A stretch of 50,004 bases of DNA, from IMG/VR virus record IMGVR_UViG_3300033159_000002, positions 1 to 50,004 of that record; one strand, given 5' to 3'. Shown here piece by piece: positions 1-9,140 of this stretch. Position numbers and translations under genes: made by a program. The notes beneath the pieces are model-generated. The model was not told the origin of the DNA, searched no databases, and saw only the letters and a list, made by a program, of their open reading frames with translations. The first letter of the stretch is position 1; the number at the start of each line of letters is the position of its first letter.

Positions 1-127
1 TGAAAGATGACGACGTAATCAACAGTATCAATAAACTCAAACAATTTGAGAGTGCTGTTATTGCAGCGTTACTTGAGGATTTACAGCAGGAAGTACGTTA
101 CATCACAGTCCCCTCACTTATACTTCC
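1..127. repeat. Terminal direct repeat (identical to 49878-50004); circular-assembly overlap
   Basis: TGAAAGATGACGACG...CTTATACTTCC occurs at both ends; 127 nt is a typical assembler k-mer overlap; an ORF reads through the junction. Confidence 0.95.
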
Positions 128-419
128 TCTGTTCAAAAACTCCGTGAGGAACGTCATCAGAAATATGATAGTTATTTCTGACGCAGTTTATGCGCAAGTC
201 ATGAGCAAAATAAGTAAAGATGTCGACGACAGCGAGAAATTAATGGAAGACCTAAAGCTTATACAGCACTACCTCGATATAGTAAACAGTTTCTACCTCG
301 CAGTTGATAACATAAGCATAGTGATAGTAAATCTCTTAAACACGAACTTACCCGCTGACAAGGCACCACGTTTAATTAACGAAATATTGACAGGGTATGA
401 CATATGGAAACAACACTGA
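1..419 (+). CDS. 3' part of the junction-spanning hypothetical protein (the tracked ORF 144..419 is truncated)
   Basis: Frame open from position 3 to the TGA at 417-419. Confidence 0.8.
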   Translation, partial: KDDDVINSINKLKQFESAVIAALLEDLQQEVRYITVPSLILPLFKNSVRNVIRNMIVISDAVYAQVMSKISKDVDDSEKLMEDLKLIQHYLDIVNSFYLAVDNISIVIVNLLNTNLPADKAPRLINEILTGYDIWKQH

Positions 420-994
420 TACTAACGGCAGGCGGAGTAGCTGCTACAGCAACTGCAGCCGCTCTGCTTTTAAGGAGAAAGAAAACTAAACCTGTCTATA
501 CTGTAAAAAATGTAGTATGGTGGATCGATAAACATATCTCTCCTAAAATGCTCACTGCGACAAAACCTAGAGTTGTTGACAAGGTATATGGGCAGTACGC
601 GTACCTTACTTCACCTATCCATGACATTAATTTAAAGATAGACAAGTTAATGAAGAGGACGAAGACTTCAAAACTCGACGACGACTTCTTGTCTAGACTT
701 TCCTATGCGTTCGTTGCGAAACAGTTCATAGGCAGGCCGTTCCTTTTCTTCGGCATTATAAGAAATAAGTATTTACCGCTGAAAAGAGTGGAAAGGAAGA
801 CGATACTGCAGGAGTTTGATACTCCGTCTTTAGAGTCAAGCTACATCGACCTTGACGTAGCTATAACAAAACCCCTTTTCATCCCACCTCTGTACTTCTT
901 CGTAAAAGTCACAGATAACCTAAGCTATTTCATTCTTCTCATAAATAGGAATGCGGTGAGACTGTTTGAGCCTGCAGCAGTATCAACAACATAG
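404..994 (+). CDS. Hypothetical protein with N-terminal membrane anchor
   Basis: Hydrophobic N-terminus followed by RRKK; overlapping operon arrangement. Confidence 0.7.
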   Translation: METTLILTAGGVAATATAAALLLRRKKTKPVYTVKNVVWWIDKHISPKMLTATKPRVVDKVYGQYAYLTSPIHDINLKIDKLMKRTKTSKLDDDFLSRLSYAFVAKQFIGRPFLFFGIIRNKYLPLKRVERKTILQEFDTPSLESSYIDLDVAITKPLFIPPLYFFVKVTDNLSYFILLINRNAVRLFEPAAVSTT

Positions 995-1403
995 GCGTAG
1001 CTACGTAGAAGAGATATTGATACAGCTACTAACTGCGAAGCTCAGCGGTGAACGGAACGACGACCAAATATGGGAGTTCTTGAAGGGAGAGCTGCTTGAC
1101 CTCCACCTAAGGTACGGTAAAGATGTGGACGATAAATTTGTGAAATACGTCACTAAGGCACTTGCAATACTGCTATCTGACATTAACGATTATACGATCC
1201 CGCTCTTTAACGTCTGGAATGCGAAGGAGAAATTGATAATTGCTCTCAAGGATAGTAAAACGTTAATGAATAGAATAAAAAGTAAATATATAAGGACGGA
1301 TGAGCAGGAGAGAGAAGTGTTGAATATTGTGAATAATGTGCTGATAAGTTCTGCAAAAAGTGTGCTGAAGGATTACAAGGTGATATGGGATGAATCGGTA
1401 TGA
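966..1403 (+). CDS. Hypothetical helical protein
   Basis: 145-aa ORF overlapping its neighbours. Confidence 0.65.
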   Translation: MSLQQYQQHRRSYVEEILIQLLTAKLSGERNDDQIWEFLKGELLDLHLRYGKDVDDKFVKYVTKALAILLSDINDYTIPLFNVWNAKEKLIIALKDSKTLMNRIKSKYIRTDEQEREVLNIVNNVLISSAKSVLKDYKVIWDESV

Positions 1404-2401
1404 CCCGCGAATAACCCAATTACGTTTCTTCGCATCTTTTTCCGTCGCTTTATACCATCTGTGGACTCTTCAATTAGTCCCCCTTGTGTTTTTTCCGCCC
1501 TGGTTGGTTAGGAGTTCCCCTATTCTTCGAGTTGTCGATTTTTCTGCTCCTTAACAGACTCGACGAAAATCCTTCGCTCCCTCGTTACTTTAAAAGGAGG
1601 GTTAGGAGGATATGGCCACTTTATTTCCTCGCCGTCGTCGTAGTATTCTTAGCCGACAGATACGTGCTCCACATGGACGTAACATATTACGACTTGATAC
1701 TCCATTTTGCGTTCGTTTCCTTCGTCCTTGCACCGTTTTCCTTTCAATATCTCTTCTGGTCTCTCCAGCTGGAGGAATGGATTTACTTAGCTATCCCCTT
1801 CATCCATCGAATGAACGATAAAGCAAAGTTTCACGTCGCAACATCACTAATTGTCATAACGTTAATATATAGTGCGTTTATAGTCCTCCTCCCCTACAAC
1901 GAGTTCCACTTACTTTACTTTATGCCTCCCTTCTGGTTAGGAGCATACGGGTGGGGGATATTCGCCTACCTTTTGCGGAAGAAGGGCTATAGATCGGGAA
2001 ATATACCTTATATTATATTAGGATTACTGCTTACACAATACATTTATACGACATTAAATACACACGACGAGATAACTTATGAATTCTTTACGCGGTTTCT
2101 GATTTACAACTTGGCGTTACCAGCTTTCGCCCTCCTTATCTTGAACCCACCTAAAGTCCTTAGTCGTGTAACAGTCTTCTTAGGCGAGGTGAGTTATGGG
2201 ATCTATCTGTGGACTTTACTCTTCCAAGAACTTTTGGGGGTAGCGGGAGTACTTTACGGTATCTTAGCTGCCATCGCAACGGAGTTCCCGCTGAGAAGAA
2301 AAGAAATAATAAAAAGGATGAAAGAGACCACAATCCTCACCCTTCAAGGTGAGGAGGAAGGCAGGAAAATGAGAAAAATAGGGAATAAAAAAGATACATG
2401 A
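1390..2401 (+). CDS. Acyltransferase-3 (OafA/YrhL-like) membrane O-acyltransferase, frameshifted at ~1479-1494
   Basis: Motifs GVPLFF, YFKRRVRRIWPLY, FWSLQLEE and GEVSYGIYLW in the 1484 frame; N-terminal RITQLRFFASFSVALYH motif in a different frame from ATG 1390. Confidence 0.85.
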
Positions 2402-2851
2402 TTAACCAGTTTCCTGACTACTAGTTTCGTTGCTTACGGTGCTTAACTGGTTCATTAACTCCTTTGCCCTTTCTCTAAAAACTATTAGCATTTCTGGCTG
2501 ATAGCGGCGAAATAAATCCAAATCTTGCAGTGGTAGCAAGGAAACTAGATATTCGGTTAGCTCGTTGTCATTCATTTCCAAACAGTTACCCCAATATGCC
2601 CTTATACATTGGTCTGCTAACTCCTTTATTTCATTTGTTAGCTCCTCCTTTCTTTCTAATACATCTGGTTTCAATGTTGATAGTCCTAATACTGTTGTGT
2701 TATTCTGAGTAACCCTTTCGTACTCCTTTCTAATAAGATAGCGTAACATTTCGTTCACACCCATGCTATATCTCTCGCATAGTTCCATTAACATCCTGTT
2801 CTCTTCGTCGTTTAATCTGAGTAGTTTCTTATTCTCCCTTCTCCTCCTCAT
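2402..2851 (-). CDS. Putative RHH DNA-binding protein with a C-terminal domain paralogous to 9566..9799
   Basis: LLRLNDEENRMLMELCERYSMGVNEMLRYLI fits the ribbon-helix-helix pattern; own TATA upstream. Confidence 0.6.
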   Translation of the reverse strand: MRRRRENKKLLRLNDEENRMLMELCERYSMGVNEMLRYLIRKEYERVTQNNTTVLGLSTLKPDVLERKEELTNEIKELADQCIRAYWGNCLEMNDNELTEYLVSLLPLQDLDLFRRYQPEMLIVFRERAKELMNQLSTVSNETSSQETG

Positions 2852-2972
2852 GTTCCCTCACTTTATATTATGCATAATGCTATATTTAAACGTTACGATT
2901 ATGCTAAGCAAAAAGTTTAAGCTTTAGTATCTCTGTTTTTTATTTTTTAGTTTTCTTTCCGTGTTATCTCTT

Positions 2973-3344
2973 ATGGGTATAATAGAGGCTTACAAAGCGC
3001 TGAAGGACATAAAATATAGGGTTTCAACTAATAATAAACCACTTCAAATACTCGAGGCAAAAGAAAACCACGTCATGATATGCAAAGGAGACACGTGCTT
3101 TGAGATATCTGAACCTGAAATACGTAATAATCGATACTTAGTACCAATCATAAAATGGCGTGGTAACGGCAGTAAGTTCAAAAGTATGGAAAAGAAGTAC
3201 ATATCACTTGTAGACTTAAATTACTACACAAACACAACTTCTTTCAAGGACTTCATAGACAGAGTGAAAAAAATTAAAGAAGTTGAGGAGGATCAAGCTA
3301 GGCTATCAAGGTTATTCGACTACTTAAATCTAATGTTTATTTGA
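2973..3344 (+). CDS. Hypothetical protein (probable leaderless start at ATG 2973)
   Basis: T-rich promoter TTTATTTTTTAG about 23 nt upstream of ATG 2973. Confidence 0.65.
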   Translation: MGIIEAYKALKDIKYRVSTNNKPLQILEAKENHVMICKGDTCFEISEPEIRNNRYLVPIIKWRGNGSKFKSMEKKYISLVDLNYYTNTTSFKDFIDRVKKIKEVEEDQARLSRLFDYLNLMFI

Positions 3345-3379
3345 TCAAGGGATGAATCCTTTTCATGTTGAATGATCGG

Positions 3380-3395
3380 TAAACTCCCCAGTTTA
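3380..3395 (+). repeat. TAAACTCCCCAGTTTA recombination-type motif (representative of ~15 copies)
   Basis: Perfect copies (either strand) at 3380, 11846, 14893, 15757, 16025, 16391, 23736, 25677, 37254, 48295; copies with 1-2 mismatches at 13061, 14258, 23475, 30827, 48073. Confidence 0.9.
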
Positions 3396-3425
3396 CCGAA
3401 CTAAAAGCTAAAGATCACGCAGATC

Positions 3426-3552
3426 TTAACACGGTTTTATTTTCATACTGGTGAAACCAAAAAAGGGCCGAGAAAAGTAGGGAAAGGTTCGAGATGCTAT
3501 TATATAGCAAAAGTGCGAGGTAAGGAAAAAAGGGTGACGTTAAGTCGAACTG
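3426..3552 (-). repeat. Dispersed non-coding repeat, copy 1
   Basis: Reverse complement CAGTTCGACTTAACGTCACCCTTTTTTCCTTACCTCGCAC... matches 30851, 38799 and 23265. Confidence 0.9.
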
Positions 3553-3580
3553 AGCCTAGCAGTTCATGGTAGGGAGCTGG

Positions 3581-3892
3581 CTAAGCACCATATGTCTGCT
3601 GTCTCCAGTACCAGTAGTATGTTAACGAGATTACAACGATACCGAGAGCAATTAGTACGGCGACGGCGTATTGGTTTGAAAGCACTGCCAGAATGTAACT
3701 ATAAACCACATAAAGATCTTGATAAATAGCTAAAGTCCATGCAACTTGGGGAGACGGTGCAGAAGAAACCATGTCTTTTGTAGGATTAAGTATAAACGAT
3801 ATACCTTGCAGTATCGAGGAGAAGATGAAAATCACAAATAAGGCCATTACTATTATTGACACAATTGAGATTTGTTCCTGTTGTTGAGCCAT
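3581..3892 (-). CDS. Small membrane protein (2-3 TM), possible virion component
   Basis: Long hydrophobic segments. Confidence 0.7.
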   Translation of the reverse strand: MAQQQEQISIVSIIVMALFVIFIFSSILQGISFILNPTKDMVSSAPSPQVAWTLAIYQDLYVVYSYILAVLSNQYAVAVLIALGIVVISLTYYWYWRQQTYGA

Positions 3893-3913
3893 AAAAAAGA
3901 ATCTGTACGCACA

Positions 3914-4183
3914 CTAATAAATAAAAACACGTTCTCCTTCCTTTAGTTCGCGTAAATATCTCCTCGCCTTCTCCCTAGCTAATTCGTCCGTTGATATCCT
4001 TATGAGGAAAGCTAACCTAGCCTTTGCTAGGTCGTCGGTCATTTCGATAATGTTGCATTCATGGTCATACGTATAGCCCCTCCTAAGATCCCTCATTATC
4101 ATGTCTGGTATTTCCCAGTCATGAGTAATTAATATACCTTCTCTTCGATAATAGCAGCTATTCCTCCCTTTGTAAATGTTCAT
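3914..4183 (-). CDS. Hypothetical protein
   Basis: Preceded by the conserved leaderless promoter TTTATTTTTTAGCTTTTCTCCCTACTTTTTCTT-ATG. Confidence 0.7.
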   Translation of the reverse strand: MNIYKGRNSCYYRREGILITHDWEIPDMIMRDLRRGYTYDHECNIIEMTDDLAKARLAFLIRISTDELAREKARRYLRELKEGERVFIY

Positions 4184-4239
4184 AAGAAAAAGTAGGGAGA
4201 AAAGCTAAAAAATAAAATTTAGCTTAGAACATGCTTAGC

Positions 4240-4656
4240 TTAGAACATGTCTGTGGATCTCATCAAGTACCTTATGACGAATATCAATGCGACTATTATC
4301 AACACTACTACGAGGATCTGGAATATAGACCCTAAAGTTGGCGCTATCGGTGAGACGTAGTTGTAATTGGCAGGGATTTTAACAGCAGTGTTGTTGAAGA
4401 CGTTAAGGATGTAAAGGCCGACACCACTGACGATAGATACTGTTACTGCACCAACTACTAAAACTACGATGGCAATTATGATATACTTAAACTTGTCCTT
4501 GTAGTTCTCATCATCGTCGGCCATCATTATCGGTAACCTAGTACCCATGACTGCGCTACTTAGACTAATGAACATCGTCCTTATCGCCATTATTACGTTG
4601 AGCAGTAGATTTATTAATAATATTCTTGCTACTGGGTTTAGTTGAGTGGATCTCAT
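4240..4656 (-). CDS. Candidate major capsid protein (spindle-virus-type two-hydrophobic-helix hairpin with N-terminal pro-region)
   Basis: Two long hydrophobic helices separated by a loop with an NNT sequon; TATATTTTTAAA 23 nt upstream of ATG 4656; architecture resembles fusellovirus VP1-type proteins. Confidence 0.55.
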   Translation of the reverse strand: MRSTQLNPVARILLINLLLNVIMAIRTMFISLSSAVMGTRLPIMMADDDENYKDKFKYIIIAIVVLVVGAVTVSIVSGVGLYILNVFNNTAVKIPANYNYVSPIAPTLGSIFQILVVVLIIVALIFVIRYLMRSTDMF

Positions 4657-4704
4657 TGTAATAAAGGTCAACATAAAGGTTTAAAAATATACTAAAACGA
4701 TTAT

Positions 4705-6772
4705 ATACTTAGTGCAATTGTATTCTTGTTGAATAACATCCTTTGCTTATGTACAGTGAAATACTTATTGACTTTTTCCATTGCTTGTGTGCAATAACGC
4801 ATTTATCGAACGTATTGATTGCTTATGTGCATGACAGGCATTATTGAGATCTGTTCTTGCTTATGTGCACGAAACAGTTTATTAAGACACCTTCTTGCTC
4901 GTGTGCAATTACTAACTTATTTATTAAGATTTTTTGCTCATGTGCATTAATAAATTTATCAGGGTGCAATAGGCTTCTTGTTGAAAATCGCCTCTTGCTC
5001 ATGTACAGTTTCCTTAATTATTATTTTTGCTCATGTGCATTTTTAACCCTAGTGAATATATTTCTTGCTTGTGTGCACACCTTTTGTTATTAATGCTTTA
5101 TTTTGCTCATGTGCATTGCTACTTTTAGTGAAGAAATTTCTTGCTAATGTGCAATGTATTATTTATTGAAATCGTTGATTGCTTGTGTGCAATGACGGTA
5201 TTATTGAATGGAGTTGTTGCTTGTGTGCAGGTACGGTTTTATTGAAGATAATATTTGCTGGTGTGCAGGTAGCCCTTTACTGAATTGTTCATTTGCTGGT
5301 GTGCAATCGAATTGTTGTTGAATGTAGTTTTTGCTAGCGTGCAGAGGATAAATTATTGATTTCCTTGTTTGCTAATGTGCAAAGATTTCGTGATTGAATA
5401 GTAGCCTTGCTAGTGTGCATATGGGATCTTATTAAATGGTAGTATTGCTCATGTGCAATTATCCGTTTATTGAATATATTCGGTTGCTGGCGTGCAAAAA
5501 CATAATTATTGAGTGAATTTCTTGCTTATGTGCAGGTCTTCACTTATTGATATTTTATCTTGCTTGTGTGCAACCACGTGTTTATTGAAAAGATTTTTTG
5601 CTAGTGTGCAATTATTATATTTCGTGGGTTTATAGGCTGGTATATAGTCTTCTAGTTATTAATTTTTCGCTTCTGTGCATACTCCCTTTTATTGAGAAGT
5701 ATCCTTGCTAGTGTGCATATGTATAATTATTGAACTAGTTGATTGCTTATGTGCAAAATGCCGTTTATTGACTATCTCTCTTGCTTGTGTGCAACATCAC
5801 AATTATCGAATTGCTTTCTTGCTAGTGTGCATAATGCCCTTTATTGAATTGATCCATTGCTAGTGTGCAAATTATTGATTATTAAATATATCCCCTGCTT
5901 GGGTGCACGTATTTGTTCTTGTGCACCATTTCTTCTTATTGAGTAACACTTTTGCTTGTGTGCAGACTATATTTTATTTGGAGAGATTAATTGCTCGTGT
6001 GCAGTGTCCCACTTATTGAAATAGGATATTGCTCGTGTGCATATTACCTATTATTGAATTGAACACTTGCTGGTGTGCAATAGCTAAATTATTGAATCGC
6101 TTTATTGCTAGTGTGCATTTTAAATTTTATTGAACTTTTTTCTTGCTCATGTGCAATAGAGAGATTATTGGATCACCACTTTTGCTGCTGTGCAGATCTT
6201 GCTAGTGTGCAGTAGGGCGATTATTGAGCTGACAGATTGCTAGTGTTGTGCAAGAAAGACATTGTTGAATTGCTATATTGCTAGTGTGCAGTGCGGAGTT
6301 TATTGAATATTTTTCTTGCTAGTGTGCAGAATATACATTATTGACCATTTTTGTTGCTTATGTGCAGTCTACATATTATTGAGAGCTTTTCTTGCTGATG
6401 TGCAAAAATTGCTTTATTGAAATGATATCTTGCTTATATGCAAGATTTCAATTATTGAATGCCTTGTTTGCTTGTGTGCATCCAACTTTTTATTGACGAT
6501 ATTTGTTGCTTATGTGCACTGCTCATTTTATTGAAGTGATTTTTTGCTAGTGTGCAATTGCATAATTATTGATTTCCTTTCTTGCTGGTGTGTATCAGCC
6601 TAATTATTGAATCCTTAGATTGCTGGTGTGCAGAGAACCGCTTATTGACCATTTTTTTTTTTTTGCTTATGTGCATTTCGATCATTAGGGAAGTAAAGGC
6701 TTGCTAGTGTGCATCAGCGGGTTGTCCATGTGCAATTATCATTTTATCGAACTTATTCCTTACTAATATGCA
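4705..6772 (-). repeat. TIGR-like dual-spacer guide RNA array, ~55 units, 38-nt period
   Basis: Plus strand: TTGCTnnTGTGCA-N9-TTATTGA-N9 repeated, with nearly all N9 segments unique; co-oriented with and ~25 nt downstream of the Nop/IS110-like gene. Confidence 0.88.
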
Positions 6773-6797
6773 ATTACGCAATAAAATAATAAATAGT

Positions 6798-7829
6798 TTA
6801 CTGTATGACTTTCTTCTTCTTAAGCCACGTTATCACCTCGTTCTTATCAATCCCTAACTCCTCCACGACTTTCTCAAATTTTGCCTTATATTTGTCGCTC
6901 TTTATGTCAACGTAGTAGTCAGTTATTGGCGCCTCTATGAAGTCTTCGTGCTCCTTAAGTATTTTGTACTCCTTCCCTAGCACCACCTCATAGGCCTTAT
7001 GTAATGGCACCCCCTCACGATAATACAATGATATGGCGAAGAGCTGAGATATCAGTAAGGATATTGCTTTCCTAGTCGCCGTACGCTGTACTCTGAGCTT
7101 TGGCCAGTCAGGGTGCTTGGCTGCTACATCCTCCTTAAAACTCTTTATAATTTTTGAATAAACACCGCCCGCCATCATTAGGTTGTTGGCTAGGATTCCT
7201 AACAAGAACGTCTTCACCTCTCTGTTGTATGGAACGTTTTTGGCTGCAGTACCTATGAGCTTGGTTCCATCAACGGGACATAGCCATCCTTCCTTCGACG
7301 GGGTCGCAGGTTTACCGTTGCTGGACTTGCCTGCGTAATACCAGTAACCGCACTTCGGGCACTGGAACATAACCGCAAGTCCTGCATAGCTCCTGAACTT
7401 ATTAGCATTGTACCCGAATTGTGGCGGAAATGCATAAACTATGAGCCTTGCAGCATTAGCTGGTCCTATACCCCTAATAAATGCTAGGAAGTTCGTAAAT
7501 TCTGGGAATTGTGTTATGACACCAGCGAGGAGCCCCTCCACTGTCTCTTGTTGTTTTAGTAAGTCGTAAAAACGTTGAATAAGTTCATTGGACGGTGTTT
7601 CCTCGACAACTTGCACTGGCTCACCGCATAGTGGGCACCTGTCCCTTTTCTCGTCCTCCTTCAGTAGAACCGCGTGTTTATTCTTACAAATAGTATACCT
7701 CTTTAGGAATACCCAACCGCTTCCGTTTTTCTTCGCTCCTATTCTATTTCCTAGGGAAACACGCAATTTTACAACGTCATCCCTGAACCTTACTAGATCC
7801 TTCAAATAGACTAGGTTCTTTTCACTCAT
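6798..7829 (-). CDS. Tas-like (TasA-type) Nop/IS110-Tnp-domain RNA-binding protein with two Zn-ribbon insertions; no RuvC or HNH evident
   Basis: Coiled coil (LVRFRDDVVKLRVSLGNRI), IRGIGPANAARLI and NANKFRSYAGL motifs of the IS110 Transposase_20/Nop fold; CKNKH..CPLC and CPKC..CPVD insertions; RBS GGGGTGA before ATG 7829. Confidence 0.8.
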   Translation of the reverse strand: MSEKNLVYLKDLVRFRDDVVKLRVSLGNRIGAKKNGSGWVFLKRYTICKNKHAVLLKEDEKRDRCPLCGEPVQVVEETPSNELIQRFYDLLKQQETVEGLLAGVITQFPEFTNFLAFIRGIGPANAARLIVYAFPPQFGYNANKFRSYAGLAVMFQCPKCGYWYYAGKSSNGKPATPSKEGWLCPVDGTKLIGTAAKNVPYNREVKTFLLGILANNLMMAGGVYSKIIKSFKEDVAAKHPDWPKLRVQRTATRKAISLLISQLFAISLYYREGVPLHKAYEVVLGKEYKILKEHEDFIEAPITDYYVDIKSDKYKAKFEKVVEELGIDKNEVITWLKKKKVIQ

Positions 7830-8001
7830 GTTTTTCCTCACCCCTCCTAAAAGTTATAGTCTTTTTCTCCAAATCAAGATACGGAATGAATTCCTTTAAA
7901 AAAACAGCTACCTTGGCTGGAACTACGATATAATATACCTGCACTTCTTTCCCATTTTGTTTCTTCACGGTTTTTACGTACCATTTTAACTCGAGTTCCA
8001 T
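7822..8001 (-). CDS. Small AbrB/SpoVT-like DNA-binding protein, first gene of the Tas operon
   Basis: YYIVVPAKVA swapped-hairpin-like motif; BRE/TATA GAAAACTTTTTAAA ~22 nt upstream of ATG 8001; overlaps the Tas start. Confidence 0.5.
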   Translation of the reverse strand: MELELKWYVKTVKKQNGKEVQVYYIVVPAKVAVFLKEFIPYLDLEKKTITFRRGEEKHE

Positions 8002-8036
8002 AATATATAATTCAAACACTTGTTTAAAAAGTTTTC

Positions 8037-8456
8037 TCACCTATTTGCCAATCGTAATAATAACTTATGTAACAACATTACTATTATTAACGACAGCATG
8101 GCAGCGATCAAAAACGACATAACATAGTATACCGATATATCGTTTTCTGACGGGACAACGACTACGTTATAATAACCTGGTTGTACGGTTGTGGTGTTCA
8201 CATACACGCTCCCGTTTACTTCCAACACTCCCCCTCCCTCTATGCTCAGCGTCGAATAAGGGCCTGAAGGGTAATAATAGTACTTCCCAGACGGTGTAAA
8301 GTTATACATGCCAGGCTGGAAGTACATGTTAAAAGTGTAGTAAGTCCTGGCTATAAGCGTAGTTAGCGCTGAGGCTATGGCGAGAGTTGAGAAAACGAAG
8401 ACGATCGCGTAAAACACGATCTCCTTCATCTTGTGGCACCCCGCCAGTAAGGACAA
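8037..8456 (-). CDS. Membrane protein (N- and C-terminal TM, sequon-rich beta region)
   Basis: Two TM segments; NFT, NGS and NTT sequons. Confidence 0.7.
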   Translation of the reverse strand: MSLLAGCHKMKEIVFYAIVFVFSTLAIASALTTLIARTYYTFNMYFQPGMYNFTPSGKYYYYPSGPYSTLSIEGGGVLEVNGSVYVNTTTVQPGYYNVVVVPSENDISVYYVMSFLIAAMLSLIIVMLLHKLLLRLANR

Positions 8457-8462
8457 GGTAGT

Positions 8463-9071
8463 CTACTTCACTACAGCAAAAGTAAACGAGGAGGACTCTA
8501 TATTTTCCCCTAATATTACAATATCCCTTTCCTCCCCAAGAGCATACACTCTTATCACGTTTTCATCGAAGACCACCTTTTTGACCTCCCTCGACGGGGG
8601 GAAGGGTAAAGCGTAAAAGAACGGCATAGTCCCCGCGTTCACCAGCAATAATGCGTATAGGTAGTCTTCGTACGGAGTCCTATTGTCTCGGTGGAGGAGC
8701 ATTGAAAGGTCATTATTGCTGTCGAAGTAGTCGGGGATTTTGATTTTGATCTTCGGCACTTCGATGTCCTTCTTCTTTTTAATGTCCTGTAAGTAAACGA
8801 ACGGCCTTGTTGTCTCTTCAACGACATACGTGTATTTGAAGTATTCATCTTCAATTTCGACAACGTTATCGGTAACCCTTGAGGACAGTGGGGTGGAGAA
8901 TGTTGCCCTAAAACGGAATGATGGGGAATCGTAAAACTCCCGGATCGCAGACAAAGCAAAAAATGTATCAATTGGTCTGTACTCTGTTTTTTTCAGTAGT
9001 TTGAGGTAATCTGAGACCGTATTTACTTTTACGTTATACATAACTTCCAAGTAGGACAGAATAGTACCCAT
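8463..9071 (-). CDS. Hypothetical protein
   Basis: 202-aa ORF with a TTTTTCTTAT-type promoter. Confidence 0.7.
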   Translation of the reverse strand: MGTILSYLEVMYNVKVNTVSDYLKLLKKTEYRPIDTFFALSAIREFYDSPSFRFRATFSTPLSSRVTDNVVEIEDEYFKYTYVVEETTRPFVYLQDIKKKKDIEVPKIKIKIPDYFDSNNDLSMLLHRDNRTPYEDYLYALLLVNAGTMPFFYALPFPPSREVKKVVFDENVIRVYALGEERDIVILGENIESSSFTFAVVK

Positions 9072-9140
9072 AAATTTAGGACAGATTGTGATAAGAAAAA
9101 CCTAGAGCTAACTTTTCCTCACCCTTCATGGCGAGATTTG

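Noticed and set aside
1-127. Biological terminal repeat of a linear genome
   Set aside because: The length equals a common assembler k-mer and it interrupts a continuous ORF; best explained as circular overlap
4857-5093. 78-aa Cys-rich ORF
   Set aside because: Chance translation of array repeats (CSCA from TGCTCATGTGCA); no RBS or promoter
5420-5428. Self-targeting: spacer TATGGGATC also occurs at ~2195 and ~13221
   Set aside because: Single 9-mers are expected by chance in 100 kb of two-strand sequence, and the partner spacer does not match adjacent DNA
6291-6315. Array unit GGAGT-TTATTGA resembles the TCAATAAACTCC flanks of recombination motifs
   Set aside because: Mostly due to the constant 7-nt repeat in AT-rich DNA; too short to support a link
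4705-6772. CRISPR array
   Set aside because: The constant blocks are only 13 and 7 nt and alternate with 9-nt variable segments; there are no 24-37-nt repeats with 30-45-nt spacers and no cas genes
6798-7841. Intact IS110 transposase/insertion sequence
   Set aside because: Lacks the N-terminal DEDD RuvC domain and the SG catalytic loop; associated with a long dual-spacer array instead
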